A stretch of DNA of 64,000 nt, taken from NCBI RefSeq assembly GCF_056746865.1, contig NZ_CM163382.1; one strand, written 5' to 3'. The translations under genes were made by a program, and so were the position numbers. This document shows positions 10,181 through 20,918 of this stretch, in pieces. The notes under the pieces were generated by a model. That model was not told the DNA's origin, ran no database searches, and worked only from the letters and a program-made list of their open reading frames with translations. Within the stretch, counting starts at the first letter, position 1. Every line of letters starts with the position of its first letter.

Positions 10181-11074
10181 TCAGAATTCAATTGCCCATT
10201 CGGCATGAAACAAAATCACCGCTGTGCCAGAAATGGTGACTTTCTCCGGTTGGTTATTGCGAATTGTCACCGTCACTTCAATCACGCCGTCACGCCCCAA
10301 TGCGCGCCCCTGATGGCCTTTAACATGCAACACGTTGCCATCGTGGGGCAATACGTTGTGATGTACCAACCATGCACCCATCGGGCCATTGGCATTGCCA
10401 GTCACCGGATCTTCCACAATACCAATCGCAGGCGAGAACATGCGACCATCGGTTTCATTTTTGCCTGGGCGGATCTGGAACGGGAAGAAACCATTGCAGC
10501 CAATCTGTTTGCTGATAGCGGTCAGCGCAGCAAGATCAGGCGAAAGGGCGTCGATATCCACTTCTGGTTTCAGTGGGATCATCACTTTTGAGTGTCCTGT
10601 GGTTGCCACCTGAATTGGCAAGCCTGACAAAATATCGTCCTCAGTGAGATGAAGCGCGTTGATAATCGCTGCACGTGTTTCACCTTCCAGCGGTGGCTCA
10701 AAGCCCGGCGTACCTTGTTCCAGCGAAATACGATAATCATCGTTGTGATTTTCGATAGTCACGCGATGTTTTCCTGACAGTGACGTTTGCCAGACCGTGC
10801 AATTTCCTAAACCTAACACCTTCGCACGTACATAGTGCGCAGCTACTGTCGCGTGACCACAAATCGGCACTTCAACTGTTGGCGTAAAGTAGCGGATGCG
10901 CACATCGCTGTCGTCGCTGTGCAGCAGAAAAGCAGTTTCCGAATGACCTAATTCGCGGGCGATAAGCTGCATTTGCGCTTCACTGAGATTATCGGCGGGG
11001 AAAACAACACCGGCAGAATTGCCGCGAAACGGTTGTGAGGTAAAAGCATCGACGTGGTACACCTGCGGTTTCAT
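10181..11074 (-). CDS. yddE: PhzF-family (phenazine biosynthesis-like) isomerase YddE
   Basis: 297-aa translation MKPQVYHVDAFTSQPFRGNSAGVVF... typical of PhzF/DAP-epimerase-like fold proteins; matches YddE. Confidence 0.85.
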   Translation of the reverse strand: MKPQVYHVDAFTSQPFRGNSAGVVFPADNLSEAQMQLIARELGHSETAFLLHSDDSDVRIRYFTPTVEVPICGHATVAAHYVRAKVLGLGNCTVWQTSLSGKHRVTIENHNDDYRISLEQGTPGFEPPLEGETRAAIINALHLTEDDILSGLPIQVATTGHSKVMIPLKPEVDIDALSPDLAALTAISKQIGCNGFFPFQIRPGKNETDGRMFSPAIGIVEDPVTGNANGPMGAWLVHHNVLPHDGNVLHVKGHQGRALGRDGVIEVTVTIRNNQPEKVTISGTAVILFHAEWAIEF

Positions 11075-11152
11075 TAACGTTCTCCTGTGGCTGGAGAACT
11101 ATCATAGCCTGCAAGTGGCCGGAGAGCGAAGGGCTATCCGGCCAGGGTGAAA

Positions 11153-11833
11153 TTATCGCCGCGAGCGCACAATCTGATACCGACGAGTAAAGTACTCAAA
11201 CGGCGCGCTCCACACATGCACCAGTCGGGTGAACGGGAAGAGCAGGAAGATGGTCATTCCCAACACCAGATGCAGGCGGAAAACGAACGCTACGCCGTTA
11301 AGCATTTCTGACGATCCACCACGGAAAGTGACAATGCTTTGCGCCCAACCCACCAGCTTCATCATTTCGCTACCATCAGGATACTGTGCTGAAAACGGTA
11401 TGGTACTTAGCCCCAGCAGACACTGAATCAGCAAAATGCTCATGATGATAATATCCGGCGTAGTGGAAGTGGCACGCACGCGCTGATTAGTCAGCCTGCG
11501 CCACAGCAGTCCTGCGCCGCCAATCAACGTCAATACACCGCAAATACCACCGAGCACCATCGCCATCTGCTGTTTTACCGCCACCGGCAGAAACCACGCG
11601 TACATCCAGTGCGGCGTTAACATGCCGAACAGGTGCCCGAAGAAAATCCCCAAAATGCCGATATGGAACAGATTCGACCATATCACCATCCCGCGTTTAT
11701 CGAGCATCTGACTCGAGGAGGCGCGCCAGGTATACTGCCCGTAGTCGTAGCGCAGCCAGCTGCCGAGGAAAAACACTGTCGCACAAATGTACGGGTAGAT
11801 ATCATAAAAAAAGACGTTCAGATACTGAATCAT
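11153..11833 (-). CDS. narV: Respiratory nitrate reductase 2 gamma subunit (cytochrome b)
   Basis: 226 aa, multi-pass membrane protein with conserved His heme ligands; operon position downstream of narW. Confidence 0.9.
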   Translation of the reverse strand: MIQYLNVFFYDIYPYICATVFFLGSWLRYDYGQYTWRASSSQMLDKRGMVIWSNLFHIGILGIFFGHLFGMLTPHWMYAWFLPVAVKQQMAMVLGGICGVLTLIGGAGLLWRRLTNQRVRATSTTPDIIIMSILLIQCLLGLSTIPFSAQYPDGSEMMKLVGWAQSIVTFRGGSSEMLNGVAFVFRLHLVLGMTIFLLFPFTRLVHVWSAPFEYFTRRYQIVRSRR

Positions 11834-12525
11834 TTCCCACCTCCCGCACTGATGTCGACATACTGCGGCGCGACATCCTGGCTAAAGCGTCGCTGATATT
11901 GATTAAGCGGCGAGCTGTCACACGCCGTGGCGTTATCTTCAATAAACTTCACCTGTTCCTCTTCCCACACCGCATCCAGTGCCTGGCGGGTGTCATCGCG
12001 CTCCTCACTGTTCACCTGTTTTGTGACACTGTCACTTGAAAGTGTACTTCCTGCCAGTTGCAACAGGGTGTCAAATAACGCGTACCACGGTGCCTCGCGT
12101 TGTTTTAAGCGTCCGCCAAGCAGGGCGAGGATCGGCGCAACGTTGAGCAAGCCTTCTTTCGCCTGATCGTCCGGCAGTACGCTTAAGTACTCCAGATACA
12201 GCGGTAGATAATCGGGCAGTTCTCGACAATCCAACTGCAGGCCGACCTTTTCATACTCCGCCAGCAGGTCCACCATTGCCTGGCCGCGATCGCGGGACTC
12301 GGCATGAACATGTTCGAACAGCAGCAGCGATGTGGTACGTCCACGGTCAAACACTTCGCACCATTCGGCCTGTTTATCCAGCAGCGGCGCGTTAAGCAGG
12401 TTGCGGGTAAAATCCGTAAGCATCGGTGCGTCGCGGCGGATCAACGCCAGCGCGTCCTCCTTACATTCCCATAACAGCTCGTCCGGATACTCCATCAACA
12501 GGCCGATCACTTTGAGGATCTGCAT
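11830..12525 (-). CDS. narW: Nitrate reductase 2 delta subunit / assembly chaperone
   Basis: 231 aa NarJ-family chaperone; stop/start overlaps with narV and narY (translational coupling). Confidence 0.9.
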   Translation of the reverse strand: MQILKVIGLLMEYPDELLWECKEDALALIRRDAPMLTDFTRNLLNAPLLDKQAEWCEVFDRGRTTSLLLFEHVHAESRDRGQAMVDLLAEYEKVGLQLDCRELPDYLPLYLEYLSVLPDDQAKEGLLNVAPILALLGGRLKQREAPWYALFDTLLQLAGSTLSSDSVTKQVNSEERDDTRQALDAVWEEEQVKFIEDNATACDSSPLNQYQRRFSQDVAPQYVDISAGGGK

Positions 12526-14069
12526 TATTCGCCCTCCGCTTTGTCGCGTACTTCGGTGATGTTGATGGCATCGATACGGCTACTGTTGAACAGGTTGAAT
12601 TTGCTGTCCGAGCCGTGGCAACCGTCGCCAAAGGTAAAACCGCAGCCATTGCGTTCTGCGAAGGCATCGCCCGCCATTTCCCGATGACTGGTTGGAATGA
12701 CAAAACGGTCTTCATAGTTGGCAATGGCGAGGTAGCGATACATCTCTTCGACCTGGGCGACGCTCAGGCCTACTTCGTCAATGGCGCGGGTATCGGTAAC
12801 GCCTTCCACGGTTTGTGAACGCATATAGTGGCGCATCGCCATCATCCGTTTTAGCGCCCGCAGTACCGGACCGGTATCGCCGGCACTTAACATATTGGCG
12901 AGATATTGCACAGGAATACGCAGGCTCTCGATGGCTGGCAGCACGCCTTCGCTTTTCGGCAAACCGCCCGCATCTGCGTAGGACTGAATCGGTGACAGCG
13001 GAGGAACGTACCAGACCATCGGCAGGGTGCGGTATTCAGGGTGCAGCGGTAGCGCCAGTTTCCAGTCCATCGCCATTTTGTAGACTGGCGAACGCTGGGC
13101 AGCTTCAATCACGTTTTGTGGAATACCTTGTTTCAGGGCTTCCTCGATCACTGAGGGATCGTGTGGATCGAGGAATACTTCGCACTGGCGTTCATAGAGG
13201 TCAACTTCACGCTCGGTGCTCGCCGCTTCCTCGATGCGGTCAGCGTCGTAAAGCAGCACGCCCAGATACCGGATGCGACCCACGCAGGTTTCTGAGCACA
13301 CGGTGGGTTGGCCTGACTCAATTCGTGGGTAACAGAAGATACATTTTTCTGACTTGCCGCTTTTCCAGTTGAAGTAGATTTTTTTGTACGGACAACCGCT
13401 AATGCACAAACGCCAGCCACGGCATTTATCCTGATCGATCAGCACAATGCCGTCTTCTTCGCGTTTGTAGATAGCGCCGCTTGGGCAGGTCGCCACGCAA
13501 CTGGGATTGAGGCAGTGTTCGCACAAGCGCGGCAGGTACATCATGAAGGTGTTTTCAAACTGCCCGTACATCTCCTTTTGCATGGCCTCGAAGTTGCGGT
13601 CACGGGCGCGTTTTTCGAATTCGCCGCCCAACAATTCTTCCCAGTTTGGCCCCCAGATCACTTTGTCCATCCGTTTGCCGTCAATCAGTGAACGCGGACG
13701 AGCAGTAGGGATATGTTTGCCTTCCGGTGCGCTATGCAAATGTTCGTAGTCGAAAGTGAAAGGTTCGTAGTAATCATCAATCTGCGGCACCACCGGGTTA
13801 GCGAAGATTTTGGTTATTACGCCCATCTTGCTGCCCAGACGCGGGCGGATCTTGCCATTCACATCACGCACCCAGCCGCCTTGCCACTCTTCCTGATCTT
13901 CCCAGTTTTTCGGATAACCAATGCCCGGTTTGGTTTCGACGTTGTTAAACCATGCGTACTCCATGCCTTCGCGTCCGGTCCAGACGTTTTTACAGGTCAC
14001 CGAACAGGTATGGCAGCCGATACATTTATCGAGGTTAAGCACCATGCCGACTTGCGAACGTATTTTCAT
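12525..14069 (-). CDS. narY: Respiratory nitrate reductase 2 beta subunit (Fe-S)
   Basis: 514 aa with multiple CxxCxxCxxxCP ferredoxin-type cysteine clusters. Confidence 0.9.
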   Translation of the reverse strand: MKIRSQVGMVLNLDKCIGCHTCSVTCKNVWTGREGMEYAWFNNVETKPGIGYPKNWEDQEEWQGGWVRDVNGKIRPRLGSKMGVITKIFANPVVPQIDDYYEPFTFDYEHLHSAPEGKHIPTARPRSLIDGKRMDKVIWGPNWEELLGGEFEKRARDRNFEAMQKEMYGQFENTFMMYLPRLCEHCLNPSCVATCPSGAIYKREEDGIVLIDQDKCRGWRLCISGCPYKKIYFNWKSGKSEKCIFCYPRIESGQPTVCSETCVGRIRYLGVLLYDADRIEEAASTEREVDLYERQCEVFLDPHDPSVIEEALKQGIPQNVIEAAQRSPVYKMAMDWKLALPLHPEYRTLPMVWYVPPLSPIQSYADAGGLPKSEGVLPAIESLRIPVQYLANMLSAGDTGPVLRALKRMMAMRHYMRSQTVEGVTDTRAIDEVGLSVAQVEEMYRYLAIANYEDRFVIPTSHREMAGDAFAERNGCGFTFGDGCHGSDSKFNLFNSSRIDAINITEVRDKAEGE

Positions 14070-17000
14070 TTTTTCGCCTCCTGTACCTGATCGCGACCTT
14101 CATCATCCAGCCAGTTAACGTTCTTCATCTTGCGGATCATGATGAATTCGTCGCGGTTCGAGCCGACGGTGCCGTAGTAGTTAAAGCCCCAGGCCAGCTG
14201 CGCGTAACCGCCAATCATATGCGTTGGTTTCGGACAAACGCGGGTGACCGAGTTATGAATGCCGCCGCGCATGCCAGTTACTTCCGAACCAGGAATATTC
14301 ATAATGCGTTCCTGGGCGTGATACATCATGGTCATACCCGGCGGTACACGTTGGCTGACCACCGCGCGGGCAGTCAGCGCGCCGTTGGCGTTAAACACTT
14401 CCACCCAGTCGTTATCGACAATGGTCAGTTCACGGGCATCGGTTTCGCTGATCCAGACAATTGGTCCACCGCGAGAGAGCGTCAGCATTAGCAGGTTTTC
14501 ACTGTAGGTTGAGTGAATGCCCCATTTCTGGTGCGGCGTCAGGAAGTTAAGTGCTTTTTCCGGGAAGCCGTTTGGCGGTATCTGGCGCATTTCACTGACG
14601 CTACGGGTGTCGATAGGCGGGCGATAAGCCACCAGGCTTTCACCAAAAGCACGCATCCACGGATGATCCTGATAAAGCTGCTGGCGTCCCGACAGCGTGC
14701 GCCACGGAATTAACTCATGAACGTTGGTGTATCCCGCGTTATAGGAGACGTGATCGCTTTCCAGACCAGACCATGTGGGGCTGGAGATAATTTTACGTGG
14801 CTGCGCCTGAATATCGCGAAAGCGAATCTTCTCGTCCTCTTTGTGCAGCGCCAGATGGGTATGTTCGCGTCCGGTGATCTCGCCCAGCGCCTGCCACGCT
14901 TTGACTGCAACATGACCGTTGGTTTCCGGTGCCAGCGCCAGAATCACTTCTGATGCGTCAATGGCGGTGTCAATCAGCGGACGCCCCTGTGCTGGGCCTT
15001 CACGCTTGGTGTAGTTGAGTTTGCCGAGGAAATCGATTTCATCCTGGGTATTCCACGAAATCCCTTTACCGCCGTTGCCAAGTTTGTCCATCAATGGCCC
15101 GAGCGAGGTAAAGCGTTCATAGGTAGCAGGGTAGTCGCGTTCCACCGCCACAATATTGGGCGCAGTTTTACCTGGAATCAGATCGCATTCGCCTTTGCGC
15201 CAGTCGAGCACTTCACACGGCTGTGAGAGTTCTGCCGGAGAGTCATGCAGCAGTGGTTGTAATACCACGTCGGTTTCTTTGCCAAGATGGCCCACGCACG
15301 CTTGCGAAAAGGCTTTGGCAATACCTTTGTAGATTTCCCAGTCGCTGCGTGATTCCCACGCCGGATCGACCGCCGCAGATAGGGGATGAATAAACGGATG
15401 CATATCCGAGGTGTTCATATCGTCTTTTTCGTACCAGGTGGCGGTGGGCAGAACGATATCGGAGAACAGGCAGGTACTGGACATACGGAAGTCGAGCGTC
15501 ACCAGCAGGTCGAGCTTGCCTTCAATCGCCGCAGTTTGCCACTCGACTTCTTCTGGTTTGATCCCGTCGCTGGCACCGAGTTCCTGACCCTGAATCCCAC
15601 TTTCGGTTCCCAGCAGATACTTCTGCATATACTCGTGGCCTTTGCCGGAGGAGCCAAGCAGGTTAGAACGCCAGACAAACAAATTACGCGGATGATTGCT
15701 GCCGCTATCTGGTTGTTCGCAGGCCATGCGTAAATCGCCCGAATTCAGCGCCTGGGCGGTAAATTCTGTGGGGGATAATCCGGCCTTGTCGGCTTCAGCT
15801 TTAATCCCGAGCGGGTTACGCCCCAGCTGCGGCGCAGAAGGTAGCCAGCCCATACGTTCGGCACGAACGTTGAAATCAATCAGATGACCGCTGTACTTAC
15901 TGGCATCGGCGAGCGGTGAAAGTAACTCCTGAGCAGAGACTTTTTCATAGCGCCATTGGCTGGAATGATTGTAGAAAAACGAGGTGCTGTTCATCTGGCG
16001 CGGTGGTCGGTTCCAATCGAGCGCAAAGGCCAGCGGCAACCAGCCGGTTTGCGGGCGCAGTTTTTCCTGACCGACATAGTGTGCCCAGCCGCCACCGCTT
16101 TGCCCGACACAACCGCAGAAGATCAGCATGTTGATCATTCCCCGGTAGTTCATGTCCATGTGGTACCAGTGGTTAACACCTGCGCCGAGGATAATCATCG
16201 AGCGTCCATGCGTTTTATGGGCAGTATCGGCAAATTCACGAGCGATGGTTTCAATATACTGGCGCGGCACACCGGTAATTTGCTCACCCCAGGCTGGGGT
16301 GTACGGTTTGATTTCAGCGTAATCTTTCGCGCTGTTTTCATCTTCCAGCCCGCGATCGAGGCCGTAATTCGCCAGTACCAAATCATAAACGCTGACCACC
16401 GGACAGGTGCTGCCATCGGCTAATGTCAGGTTTTTAACGGGTAATTGACGCACCAGGACAGGATTGTTTTTTACGCTGCGAAAATGCGGATTTTCAATGC
16501 CGCCAAAGTAGGGGAAGGCCACGCCTGCAACGGCATCATGTTGACCGAGCAGAGTTAACGACAATTCGGTTTCCGTACCGGCGGCAATGGATTCAAGATT
16601 CCATTTGCCTTTTTCTCCCCAGCGAAAACCAATCGAACCGTTCGGCACCACCAGTTCACCTGCGGTATTAACCGCCACGGTTTTCCACTGCGGATTGTTG
16701 CTTTCGCCCAGTCCATTCACCAGGTCAGATGCGCGGACCATGCGCCCGGGAACGTAGCTGCCGTCGTCGCGAGGTTCCAGCATTACCAGCATCGGCATGT
16801 CGCTGTAGCGGCGGCAGTAGTTGATAAAATAATCGCTGGGATTATCGAGATGAAACTCTTTTAAAATGACATGGCCCATTGCCATCGCCAGGGCGCTATC
16901 AGTGCCTTGTTTCGGTGCCAGCCACTGGTCGCACAATTTGGCCACTTCAGAGTAGTCAGGGGTAATGGCGATGGTTTTAGTGCCTTTGTAGCGTACTTCG

Positions 17001-17806
17001 GTAAAGAAGTGGGCGTCCGGCGTACGTGTCTGAGGTACGTTAGACCCCCAGGCGATGATGTAGCTGGAGTTATACCAGTCGGCAGATTCTGGCACGTCGG
17101 TTTGCTCGCCCCAGGTCATCGGCGAGGCAGGCGGCAGGTCGCAATACCAGTCATAGAAACTTAAACAGGTGCCACCTAACAGCGACAGATAACGTGTTCC
17201 GGCGGCGTAAGAAACCATCGACATCGCCGGGATCGGCGAGAAACCGGCAACGCGATCCGGGCCGTAAGTTTTGATGGTCCAGACGTTAGCGGCAGCAATC
17301 AGCTGATTTAGCTCCTGCCAGTTAGAGCGGATAAAGCCGCCGCGTCCACGTACTTGTTTGTAGCTCAGGCACTTTTGCGGATCGTTCATAATCGATGCCC
17401 ACGCCAGTACCGGATCGCTGTGTTGCTTGAGGGCTTCGCGCCACAGTTCAATCAGTCGTTTACGAATGAGCGGGTATTTCAGACGGTTAGCGCTGTAGAG
17501 ATACCAGGAGTAACTTGCGCCACGCGGGCAGCCGCGAGGTTCATGATTGGGCAGGTCAGGGCGAGTGCGCGGGTAGTCGGTCTGTTGGATTTCCCAGGTC
17601 ACCAGACCATTTTTAACGTAGATTTTCCAGCTACAGGAGCCTGTACAGTTAACACCGTGGGTGGAACGCACGATTTTGTCGAACTGCCAACGCTGGCGAT
17701 AGCTGTCCTCCCAGTCGCGGTTGCTATGCATCACCTGTCCGTGACCATCGGCAAAGGTTTCGCCCTTTTGTTTGAAGTAGCGAAAGCGATCCAAAAGTTT
17801 ACTCAT
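14066..17806 (-). CDS. narZ: Respiratory nitrate reductase 2 alpha subunit (molybdopterin)
   Basis: Translation from MSKLLDRFRYFKQKGETFADGHGQ... gives 1246 aa, the known NarZ length; the ORF-track start at 17929 is an upstream in-frame extension and is rejected. Confidence 0.9.
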   Translation of the reverse strand: MSKLLDRFRYFKQKGETFADGHGQVMHSNRDWEDSYRQRWQFDKIVRSTHGVNCTGSCSWKIYVKNGLVTWEIQQTDYPRTRPDLPNHEPRGCPRGASYSWYLYSANRLKYPLIRKRLIELWREALKQHSDPVLAWASIMNDPQKCLSYKQVRGRGGFIRSNWQELNQLIAAANVWTIKTYGPDRVAGFSPIPAMSMVSYAAGTRYLSLLGGTCLSFYDWYCDLPPASPMTWGEQTDVPESADWYNSSYIIAWGSNVPQTRTPDAHFFTEVRYKGTKTIAITPDYSEVAKLCDQWLAPKQGTDSALAMAMGHVILKEFHLDNPSDYFINYCRRYSDMPMLVMLEPRDDGSYVPGRMVRASDLVNGLGESNNPQWKTVAVNTAGELVVPNGSIGFRWGEKGKWNLESIAAGTETELSLTLLGQHDAVAGVAFPYFGGIENPHFRSVKNNPVLVRQLPVKNLTLADGSTCPVVSVYDLVLANYGLDRGLEDENSAKDYAEIKPYTPAWGEQITGVPRQYIETIAREFADTAHKTHGRSMIILGAGVNHWYHMDMNYRGMINMLIFCGCVGQSGGGWAHYVGQEKLRPQTGWLPLAFALDWNRPPRQMNSTSFFYNHSSQWRYEKVSAQELLSPLADASKYSGHLIDFNVRAERMGWLPSAPQLGRNPLGIKAEADKAGLSPTEFTAQALNSGDLRMACEQPDSGSNHPRNLFVWRSNLLGSSGKGHEYMQKYLLGTESGIQGQELGASDGIKPEEVEWQTAAIEGKLDLLVTLDFRMSSTCLFSDIVLPTATWYEKDDMNTSDMHPFIHPLSAAVDPAWESRSDWEIYKGIAKAFSQACVGHLGKETDVVLQPLLHDSPAELSQPCEVLDWRKGECDLIPGKTAPNIVAVERDYPATYERFTSLGPLMDKLGNGGKGISWNTQDEIDFLGKLNYTKREGPAQGRPLIDTAIDASEVILALAPETNGHVAVKAWQALGEITGREHTHLALHKEDEKIRFRDIQAQPRKIISSPTWSGLESDHVSYNAGYTNVHELIPWRTLSGRQQLYQDHPWMRAFGESLVAYRPPIDTRSVSEMRQIPPNGFPEKALNFLTPHQKWGIHSTYSENLLMLTLSRGGPIVWISETDARELTIVDNDWVEVFNANGALTARAVVSQRVPPGMTMMYHAQERIMNIPGSEVTGMRGGIHNSVTRVCPKPTHMIGGYAQLAWGFNYYGTVGSNRDEFIMIRKMKNVNWLDDEGRDQVQEAKK

Positions 17807-17900
17807 GACATAACTCCTGCTCCAGGAATGAATTGGGATCTGATGCCTTGTCGGATGCGACACGGTTGTAGCCTGATAAGACGTGTCTGGCATCGATCTC

Positions 17901-19289
17901 TTATTTTTGGCTGAACTTCCGCCGACCATAAACCAGCCAGGTCAGCAGCACACAAACGATGTAGAAGATTAAAAACACTTTCATCGCGCCTACCGGAGAG
18001 CCGGTCATATTGAGCGACATGCCAAACGCCTGCGGAATGAAAAAGCCGCCCACTGCGCCAATGGCTGAGATAAAGCCCAGAGCCGCCGCCGTTTCGGTGA
18101 CGGCTTCTCTCTGAGCTTGCTCATCACTACCGCCTTTCATCTTCACCCGATAAATGGTTATCTGGCGAAAGATGACGGCGATCATCTGGAAAGTAGAACC
18201 ACTTCCCAGACCTGCGGTCAGAAACAACCCCATAAATACGGCGTAAAATGCGATGAAATTACCGGAGCCTGTGCCCGGTAAGGTAAGGAACAGCAGGGCG
18301 CTGAAAATCGCCATAAAAATGAAGTTGATCAACGTCACCCGCACGCCGCCGAATTTATCGGAAATAGCACCACCAACCGACCGCGCGATGGCACCAATAA
18401 ATGGGCCAAAGAACGCCAGGCGCAGAATATTCACATCAGGGAACTGAGTTTTCGCCAGCATGGCAAAACCCGCAGAAAAACCGATAAACGAACCGAAGGT
18501 GGCAAGGTAAAGCAGGCTCAGCAGCCAGAGATGCAGGCGTTGTAACACTGGCAGCTGGTCGGCAATTGACGCGCGTGAACTGGCGATATCATTCATCCCT
18601 GACCAGGCGGCGATCGTGGCAATCGCCAGTAATGGCACCCAAATCCATGCGGCATTCGCCAGCGACATCACCGAACCGTCGGCCTGCGGTACGCCATTGA
18701 CGCCGAGAAAGGCAAATACGGGTATAAAAATGACCAGCGGTGCAACCAGCTGCATCACACTTACACCTAAGTTTCCTAATCCGCCATTAATCCCAAGTGC
18801 GCTCCCTTGTTTGGCTTTTGGGAAGAAGAAACTGATATTGCCCATGCTCGAAGCAAAGTTCGCACCTGCAAAACCGCATAGCAAAGCGATAACGATAAAT
18901 ATCCCAAAAGGAGTATTCGGATTCTGCACGGCAATTCCGAGCCAGACGCAAGGAATAATCAGGATTGCAGTACTAAAAACCGTCCATCGGCGTCCACCAA
19001 ATATAGGCACCATAAAGGAGTAGGGAACACGCAATAATGCGCCAGAAACGGAGGGTAATGCGGTTAATAAAAAGAGTTGATCGGTAGTGAAATTAAAACC
19101 GATTTTATTGAGATTAACAGTAACTGCGCTAAATAGCATCCAGACACAGAAGGCAAGAAGTAGACAACTGACTGATATCCAGAGGTTTCTTCGTGCAATA
19201 TGTTTTCCTTTATTTTCCCAGAAGGCCGGATTTTCTGGTTTCCAGTCGCGCAAAAGATAACGACTAGTTTTCTCATTTTGCAGTGCCAT
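17901..19289 (-). CDS. narU: Nitrate/nitrite transporter NarU (MFS, NNP family)
   Basis: Translation from MALQNEKTSRYLLRDWKPENPAFWENKGKH... gives 462 aa; ORF-track start at 19331 is a 14-codon extension. Confidence 0.9.
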   Translation of the reverse strand: MALQNEKTSRYLLRDWKPENPAFWENKGKHIARRNLWISVSCLLLAFCVWMLFSAVTVNLNKIGFNFTTDQLFLLTALPSVSGALLRVPYSFMVPIFGGRRWTVFSTAILIIPCVWLGIAVQNPNTPFGIFIVIALLCGFAGANFASSMGNISFFFPKAKQGSALGINGGLGNLGVSVMQLVAPLVIFIPVFAFLGVNGVPQADGSVMSLANAAWIWVPLLAIATIAAWSGMNDIASSRASIADQLPVLQRLHLWLLSLLYLATFGSFIGFSAGFAMLAKTQFPDVNILRLAFFGPFIGAIARSVGGAISDKFGGVRVTLINFIFMAIFSALLFLTLPGTGSGNFIAFYAVFMGLFLTAGLGSGSTFQMIAVIFRQITIYRVKMKGGSDEQAQREAVTETAAALGFISAIGAVGGFFIPQAFGMSLNMTGSPVGAMKVFLIFYIVCVLLTWLVYGRRKFSQK

Positions 19290-19600
19290 ATTGTTCCTCA
19301 CATGTACACATTGGTAATGAAAAAAAGACAAAACAGGAGGTAAGGCGCAATAGCCAGTTATTAGAATTAAGGATGAATTAGGTGAAGTGCTGATTGAAAG
19401 AATAGATAAGAAAGCGTAACCGCGGGGGCAGAATGGGGATTAAACAGACAGATATGTGTTACTAAATGTAACTAACAAGCTAACCATTAAACGGATGTTA
19501 AGCTATGTATGCATGTCATGATCCAACCCTTCAGATGATGAATCCAAAGGGTTTATATTTTCAACAAGACCAGACACTTATAGAATTAGTGATGATTTAT

Positions 19601-20896
19601 TCACTGAAAAGGCCATGAGCTGGAGGAAAACGATCTGTCCAGAAAGTCTATCGGTTCCTCTCTTATCGCCTCATTGTAATAATCGTTATTACAGTAAGTA
19701 TTGTTTATTTCATCTAATGTCATATTTTTAATTTTTATATTCATCTGATTTACAACTTCTTCTGTTTTATAAGTGTGTATATTATATGGGGTATATGCTT
19801 CTTTAATAGTATAGTGAAACAATTCGTTATCCACATCTACTCCTTCAGAGTGAATTTCAAATGCACCAGGCGAAAGAATTGCCAGGCCAGTATTAAGCTT
19901 AAGTGCTGGGGAAAATAAATTAAATAACATGAGCTGCATAGTAGGGCAATTGTTCTTCCCAGAAACATTTAAAAAATTTAAGTTTTTGCTCTGTTTTATT
20001 ATGGGGAATAAAGTTCCAATATCGGACGTATTCTTAGTGTCAATGCGGGTTATTTTATTATTGTCCAGCCTTAAACTTTTGATAGATGAAAGATAAGTCA
20101 GGAAATGAAGGTTTATTTTTTCCAACTGATTGTTCGCAGCGTTTAATGTCTGAATATTGCAGAAGTTGCTAAAGAATATTTTAATTTCAGAAAGCAAGTT
20201 GTTGTTGATAAGTAACGTATTCAAGTTGGGAAATAAGGTATTATGTAAACTTGTTAGTTTATTATGGGATAGATCCAGAAGTAAGAGTTCATCTTTATTT
20301 CCTGCAACAATATCAGTTAATTGATTGTGGCTGAGATTCAGGTACTGCAGCCTTTCGCAACATTCTAATTGCACAAACTCTAGTTGATTATGTGCCGCAC
20401 TAAAATAAGTAATTGATGAAAGCCTATCTATATCAATATTTCTGAGAGAATTATTATTCATAGATATATGTGTAATGCTTACATTTCTACCTTGAGGAAA
20501 ATTTATTGACTCAAGAGCATTACTATTCAGACTAAGGTTGATGAGTCTATCGTAGGTGGTTGCATCAAAATGTTTGAGTTGGTTCTCATCAAGATTGATA
20601 GAGGTGAAGTTTTGCAGTCCTGGTGGTTGAGTAGTTAAATTAAGCCCTGATAAATCAATATTATTCTGTTTCGACAAAAAAGCACAATTTATCCTTTTAG
20701 CGGCTTCGTTTCGGCATTCCGGACGATGGATTTCACCTGTAAGTATGCGTTCTGCTTTCCATTGATTTAATTCGAGCATCCAGTTAAGTTCATTTTTTTC
20801 TGGATGTTGCTGTATGGATTGTGGATTTATTTTATTAAATATTGAAGGGAATTTCATAACTGCTCCGTAGTAATACTTTCTTTTCTGATTTATCAC
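19601..20896 (-). CDS. Leucine-rich repeat protein, IpaH/YopM-like (LPX-type LRR), no NEL E3-ligase domain; yddK-like
   Basis: 431 aa; N-terminal cap W...W...GE...R.EAAKRINCAF...IDLSGLNLTTQPP followed by about 20-residue LRRs (LxxLxLxxNxLxxI); AT-rich. Confidence 0.7.
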   Translation of the reverse strand: MINQKRKYYYGAVMKFPSIFNKINPQSIQQHPEKNELNWMLELNQWKAERILTGEIHRPECRNEAAKRINCAFLSKQNNIDLSGLNLTTQPPGLQNFTSINLDENQLKHFDATTYDRLINLSLNSNALESINFPQGRNVSITHISMNNNSLRNIDIDRLSSITYFSAAHNQLEFVQLECCERLQYLNLSHNQLTDIVAGNKDELLLLDLSHNKLTSLHNTLFPNLNTLLINNNLLSEIKIFFSNFCNIQTLNAANNQLEKINLHFLTYLSSIKSLRLDNNKITRIDTKNTSDIGTLFPIIKQSKNLNFLNVSGKNNCPTMQLMLFNLFSPALKLNTGLAILSPGAFEIHSEGVDVDNELFHYTIKEAYTPYNIHTYKTEEVVNQMNIKIKNMTLDEINNTYCNNDYYNEAIREEPIDFLDRSFSSSSWPFQ

Positions 20897-20918
20897 CCTT
20901 GATAAATCAGGATGTGTT

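Noticed and set aside
12815-13372. Plus-strand 185-aa ORF, and the other 60-150-aa ORFs scattered antisense within the nar, ddp, dos, gad and pqqL genes
   Set aside because: Embedded antisense to well-supported genes, no motifs, typical high-GC shadow frames
17807-17929. N-terminal extension of narZ in the ORF track (1287 aa); similar extensions for narU, fdnI, adhP, maeA, bdm, ddpA, ddpF, dosP, gadB, pqqL, ydeM, ydeN and safA
   Set aside because: Internal start codons reproduce the known protein lengths and N-termini; the extensions are upstream in-frame read-through without conservation
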